This document shows, piece by piece, positions 60,257 to 64,000 of a DNA stretch of 64,000 nucleotides. The notes under the pieces were generated by a model. It did no database searches. It was not told the DNA's origin and saw only the letters and a list, made by a program, of their open reading frames with translations. The stretch is from assembly GCA_963662545.2 (NCBI GenBank), contig CAXXLL010000002.1, positions 1,408,001-1,472,000 on the forward strand, written 5' to 3'. The position numbers and the translations under genes were made by a program. Position 1 is the first letter of the stretch. Each line of letters opens with the position of its first letter. This DNA is from Gammaproteobacteria bacterium. Lineage in GTDB: Bacteria; Pseudomonadota; Gammaproteobacteria; Ga0077536.

Positions 60257-63038
60257 ATGAATCGCTATCTAAGCATTGTGGCAATGCTGTCGTTTCTCGT
60301 CGTCCAGACCACACGGGCCGAAACCGCAGCCAGTCTTTACGAGGATGCGCTTGCCCTTGTCGAGTCTGGTGACACTCTGGGCGGCATCGTCCAACTTCGC
60401 AACGCTGTGCAAAAGGATCGTAAACATGTGCCATCGTGGCTGCTGCTGGCCGAATTGAATCTCGACCTCGGTGATCCCGCGTTCGCGCTGCACGCTGCGC
60501 GAAGCCGCGAGGCTGAACGCCGATTTTGAACTAACAACGCTGATCCTGGCACGGAGCTATCTGATGCTGGGGAGGCTGGATACGCTGTTGGAAATGCAGC
60601 CTGCCCCAGGTCTGTCCGGCGTGAAGAAGGCCGCCTTCCATGTGATTCAAGGCACGGCGCTGCTCGAAGCGAACGTGCTCCGGCAGGCGCGCGCGAAATT
60701 CGAGGCCGCGCTCAGCTTCGAATCCGACAACCCCGCAGCGTACCGCGGCATTGCGCTCGCCAACATTCGTCAAGGGCGATCCGACGCCGCGCTGCGTGCC
60801 GCTGAGCACGCCCTGAAACTCGATCTCACCGAAGCGGAAAGCTGGTATGTGCGCGGTGAAGTGAGGCGCAGCAGGCGCGAACTCAAACGAGCACTCGAAG
60901 ATTTCGAGGAAGCCTCCCGATCGCGGCCGACTCATGCGCCCGCGATCTTGGGACGTGCGGCGTTGATGCTCGACATGGGACGCCTCGAAGAGGCGCATGT
61001 GTTGTTGCTCGAATTTAACGAGCTCGCGCCTGACGAATTGCAAGGTTTGTTCCTATTGTCGCAGGTGCAGATCGCGCTCGGCGACTCGATCGGCGCGGAC
61101 CAGACGCTCGAGCACGCCCGCGAGGTCCTGAACCAGATCCCGCCCGAGGTGGCGCAAGAGAATCTGCCAGCCCTCATGGTCTCCGCAGTGATCGCGCTGC
61201 GCGACAACCTGCCGCAGCAGGCGCGGGATCTCCTGTAGGCCTACCTGCAGCGCTCGGTTGGGCACACCGGCGCGACCAAGCTGCTCGCGGTCGCGCTGCT
61301 CCGCCTTGAGCAGGGTTCGGAAGCGAGAAAAGTCATTCGCACGCTACTCGCGATCTATCCCGGTGATCGCCATCTTCAGCTTCTGCTCGGTGCCGCTTAC
61401 GCACTCGAAGGCGACGTCGCAAATGCAAAAGCGGCATACGAGAAATCAGGCGGTCTTGGCAAAAGCCGTGCGTGGTTTTACAAGTTGCTTGGACTGGCGC
61501 AGGCGCGTGAGGGCAACTTTGCCGAGGCGCTCGGCGCTTTCGACGAGGCATTGCGGCTGGAAGGTGGAGCACAGGACGCCTCATTGATGGCTGCCTATAC
61601 GCACATCCAACTCGGCAGCCCGGACAAGGCGCTGGCTCTCGTGTCGGATCTGGTCGAACGGGACCCCTCGAACGCTGCGCACCAGAACCTGGCGGGTGCA
61701 CTTCACATGATGTTGCGGAACATTGACACCGCAGCCGCACATTTCGAGCGGGCCACGGCCATAGATCCCGAATTCGAAGCCCCGTATCTCAATCTTGCGG
61801 AGCTAGCCCGCCAGGAGGGGCGCTACGTCGAAGCGCTTGAACGCTATGGCATGCTGCTCAAAGCCGACAGCGCGAATATCGGAGCGCTGCGCGGTATGGC
61901 GGAGGTGGCCGCTTCGCGAAAAATGCCGCACGAAATGGTCCAATGGTTGGAGCGCATCCGGAAGATCGAGCCTGGCCTGATCGAAGACCGGTTGACCTTG
62001 CTGCGTGCCTATCTGAGTTCGAACAGAACGATCGAGGCCTTGGCGGAGGCGAATGACCTGCTCAGGCTGGCTGGTGACAATCCGAAGGTGGTCGTTGCCG
62101 CGGCATTCGCTGAGCATGAGGGTGGTAGCGTTGCGGCGGCACGGAGCTTGCTCCGGGAACTCTCTTTGCGTGAGGATCTTGCCGCCATCGACCTTGATCG
62201 CATCGCCGCTGCACAAAGCCGTCTCAATTTTCCCGGTGACGCGCGGACGACCCGTGAAGCGACCCTGCAACGGTGGCCAGCGCGTCTAGAGACGCGCTAT
62301 GGTTTTGCGCTCGAATCCATTCGCGCAGCCGATCTCAGCACGGCTGAAACCCAAGTCGACTACCTGAAGTCCCGGTTCCCGGAGGGCGTACAAACCCTCG
62401 TTGCCAGCGGTGAACTCGCGCTGGCGCGTGGCAGCGCGGCGGCGGCAGTGGGGTTTTTCGAGCGCGCGATGGCGAAATCGCCGCGGCCTGGGATCGCCAA
62501 GCGGCTTGCAAAGGCCCTGATCGAGTCGGGCGAGACCGAACGCGCGATCGCGCTGTTCGCCGAGCGATCGGCCAAGGATGGAAAGAATACGAGTGAACGC
62601 ATGGCGTTAGCAGCACTGTTTGTGAAAGCCGGCCGCTTTGGGCAGGCGGCACGGATTTACGAAGCGATCCTGCAACTCGCGCCCGAGAACTGGAAAGCTC
62701 GCAACAACCTGGCATGGACTTACCAGAAGCTCGGTGATCCGAGGGCAGTGCCGGAGGCGCGACGGGCGCTCGCTCAGAATGCACAGCATCCGGCCACGCT
62801 CGACACAGCCGGTTGGATCTTGGCTCAGAACGGCGAAACGCTCGAAGCCTTAAGGCTGTTGCGCGAAGCGCTGGCGCGGGATTCCCAGGAGCCCGCCATT
62901 CGCATCCACCTCGCGGAGACCCTGATCGAACTGGGGCATTTGGCGGAAGCCCGGGAGCATCTTGAACAGGTCGGTGGCGCGGCGCCTGCGAATCTACGCC
63001 GCCGCGCCGCGGAATTGCGGGCGAATATCGGGGGTTGA
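60257..63038 (+). pseudogene. prsT: PrsT-like PEP-CTERM system TPR protein (~927 aa if repaired); frameshift at ~60495 and in-frame TAG at 61236
   Basis: Signal peptide, IVQLRNAVQ, continuous TPRs, NNLAW, LDTAGWIL, IRIHLAE.L. Three ORF pieces are colinear and adjacent to a PEP-CTERM-type gene. Confidence 0.8.
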
Positions 63039-63243
63039 CGGGTCGGTTGTAAAATTTTTAAGAATTGCGTGCCTCTATAATTGATTGATTAACAAAGACT
63101 ATTTTAGAAAACCCCAGAAGTGGTTCGTAACGATGAATCTTTACCAACTGTTGCCGCGCTAGTAGCGCTTGCACGTAACCCACTGAAAGGATGAGTGTTT
63201 TTCTAAAATCTGCCGAGAAACACGAGCGCTTGTCGCGCATGGG

Positions 63244-63337
63244 TGTCAAAATTTTTTACAATATGACGCGGACGCTTTGCCGTCGGCCGCTTAACTAGCT
63301 GATAAATCTGATATAAAATAATTGGCGTGAAACTTGC
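63244..63337 (+). promoter_or_regulatory. Enhancer box plus sigma54 promoter
   Basis: TGTCAAAATTTTTTACA (TGT-N11-ACA) at 63244-63260; TGGC-GTGAAAC-TTGC at 63323-63337. Confidence 0.82.
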
Positions 63338-63383
63338 TAGTCCAATCTCAAATGATATTATCGTTCCCGGACACCGGTCAAAG

Positions 63384-64000
63384 ATGAAACAGATACGGCT
63401 ATTATTGGGCCTCGCTCTCGCGCTCACATTTGCGCCAGCGCAGGCCTTCATCATGGAGGAAACACCCCTAGGAGGCGGGTTCGGTAACCCACCGCAGGAC
63501 GCCTTCAAAGTTACCATCACGCTGCCGAGCGATCCCGGCGACGACCCACATCTCAATACCTTCACGGTCAACTGGCTGGTACCGATTGCGGATACGAGTC
63601 CCACAGCGCCGGCCGATCTGACCGCGATGGCGACATTCACCATCACGTCGTTCGATGCGAGCTCGATCGTGATGGACATCATGCTCGACAATACTTTCGA
63701 CCCAAACCTTGGGGTGAACAGCATCCTGTCGTTCGGGTTCCAAGTCGACCCGGACGTCGACGGCGCCTCGATCGTGAATGCCGCGGACCCGAACAACATC
63801 ATTTGGACCCACGAACTGACGGCGGATCTCACCGGCAACTTCCAGGACCTCGACATCTGCGTGTTCCCCGACGCGCAGAGCAATTCCTGTAACGGTGGCA
63901 ACGTGAACAATGGCCTGCCGGCGGGCGCAAGCGATTTGCTGACGCTGACGCTAACGGGTGATTTTACCTCGCCGAACAACGGCGAGATATCAACCGTCAT
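63384..64000 (+). CDS. Exported acidic protein, probably PEP-CTERM (cistern-family-like); runs off the window
   Basis: Not in the ORF track. Open frame MKQIRLLLGLALALTFAPAQAF...LSFGF...DICV......CNGG...GL..G..D; sigma54 promoter upstream. The C-terminal tag is outside the window. Confidence 0.75.
   Translation, partial: MKQIRLLLGLALALTFAPAQAFIMEETPLGGGFGNPPQDAFKVTITLPSDPGDDPHLNTFTVNWLVPIADTSPTAPADLTAMATFTITSFDASSIVMDIMLDNTFDPNLGVNSILSFGFQVDPDVDGASIVNAADPNNIIWTHELTADLTGNFQDLDICVFPDAQSNSCNGGNVNNGLPAGASDLLTLTLTGDFTSPNNGEISTV

Noticed and set aside
49161-61238. In-frame TAG codons as stop-codon reassignment or pyrrolysine
   Set aside because: TAG terminates intact genes here (dnaE2, serA, kinase), the two sites imply different residues (Tyr versus Gln/Glu), and no pyl genes are visible.
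63203-64000. 265-aa minus-strand ORF in the track
   Set aside because: Antisense shadow of the plus-strand gene starting at 63384, which has a signal peptide and a sigma54 promoter.
1-64000. tRNA, rRNA, integrase or prophage genes
   Set aside because: None recognised by eye; a tRNAscan or Infernal run would be needed to exclude small RNAs.

Overview
A GC-rich bacterial chromosomal window, most consistent with an environmental Gammaproteobacterium (E. coli-type LexA box and sigma32 promoter, PEP-CTERM system); the taxon is inferred. The housekeeping and metabolic backbone carries yqeC, a ModE-like regulator, an aspC-type aminotransferase, a stand-alone SOS-regulated dnaE2, serC-serA, a 3-subunit acyl-CoA carboxylase, a GGDEF cyclase, a CbbQ/NorQ plus CbbO/NorD pair, an LLM oxidoreductase, a two-component system, GST, hydantoinase B, pcm and hsp20. 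At ~35-55 kb lies an accessory island encoding TpsB, a secreted tandem-FecR-domain protein and a ~2200-aa TpsA with 10 tandem repeats. The island is hit by five IS elements (IS4, IS10-like, IS256, and ISL3 with a nested IS66), all with readable target duplications, and is bracketed by diverged copies of neighbouring gene 3' ends. Three families of ~167-bp TA-flanked hairpin elements are scattered between genes, one showing compensatory base changes. Two PEP-CTERM-type genes 50 kb apart share an identically spaced enhancer and sigma54 promoter, a broken prsT is present, and a candidate fluoride-riboswitch variant precedes the diguanylate cyclase. Several genes carry 1-2 bp indels or single stops, which may be decay or sequencing error. 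All calls come from reading the sequence; no database search was run.
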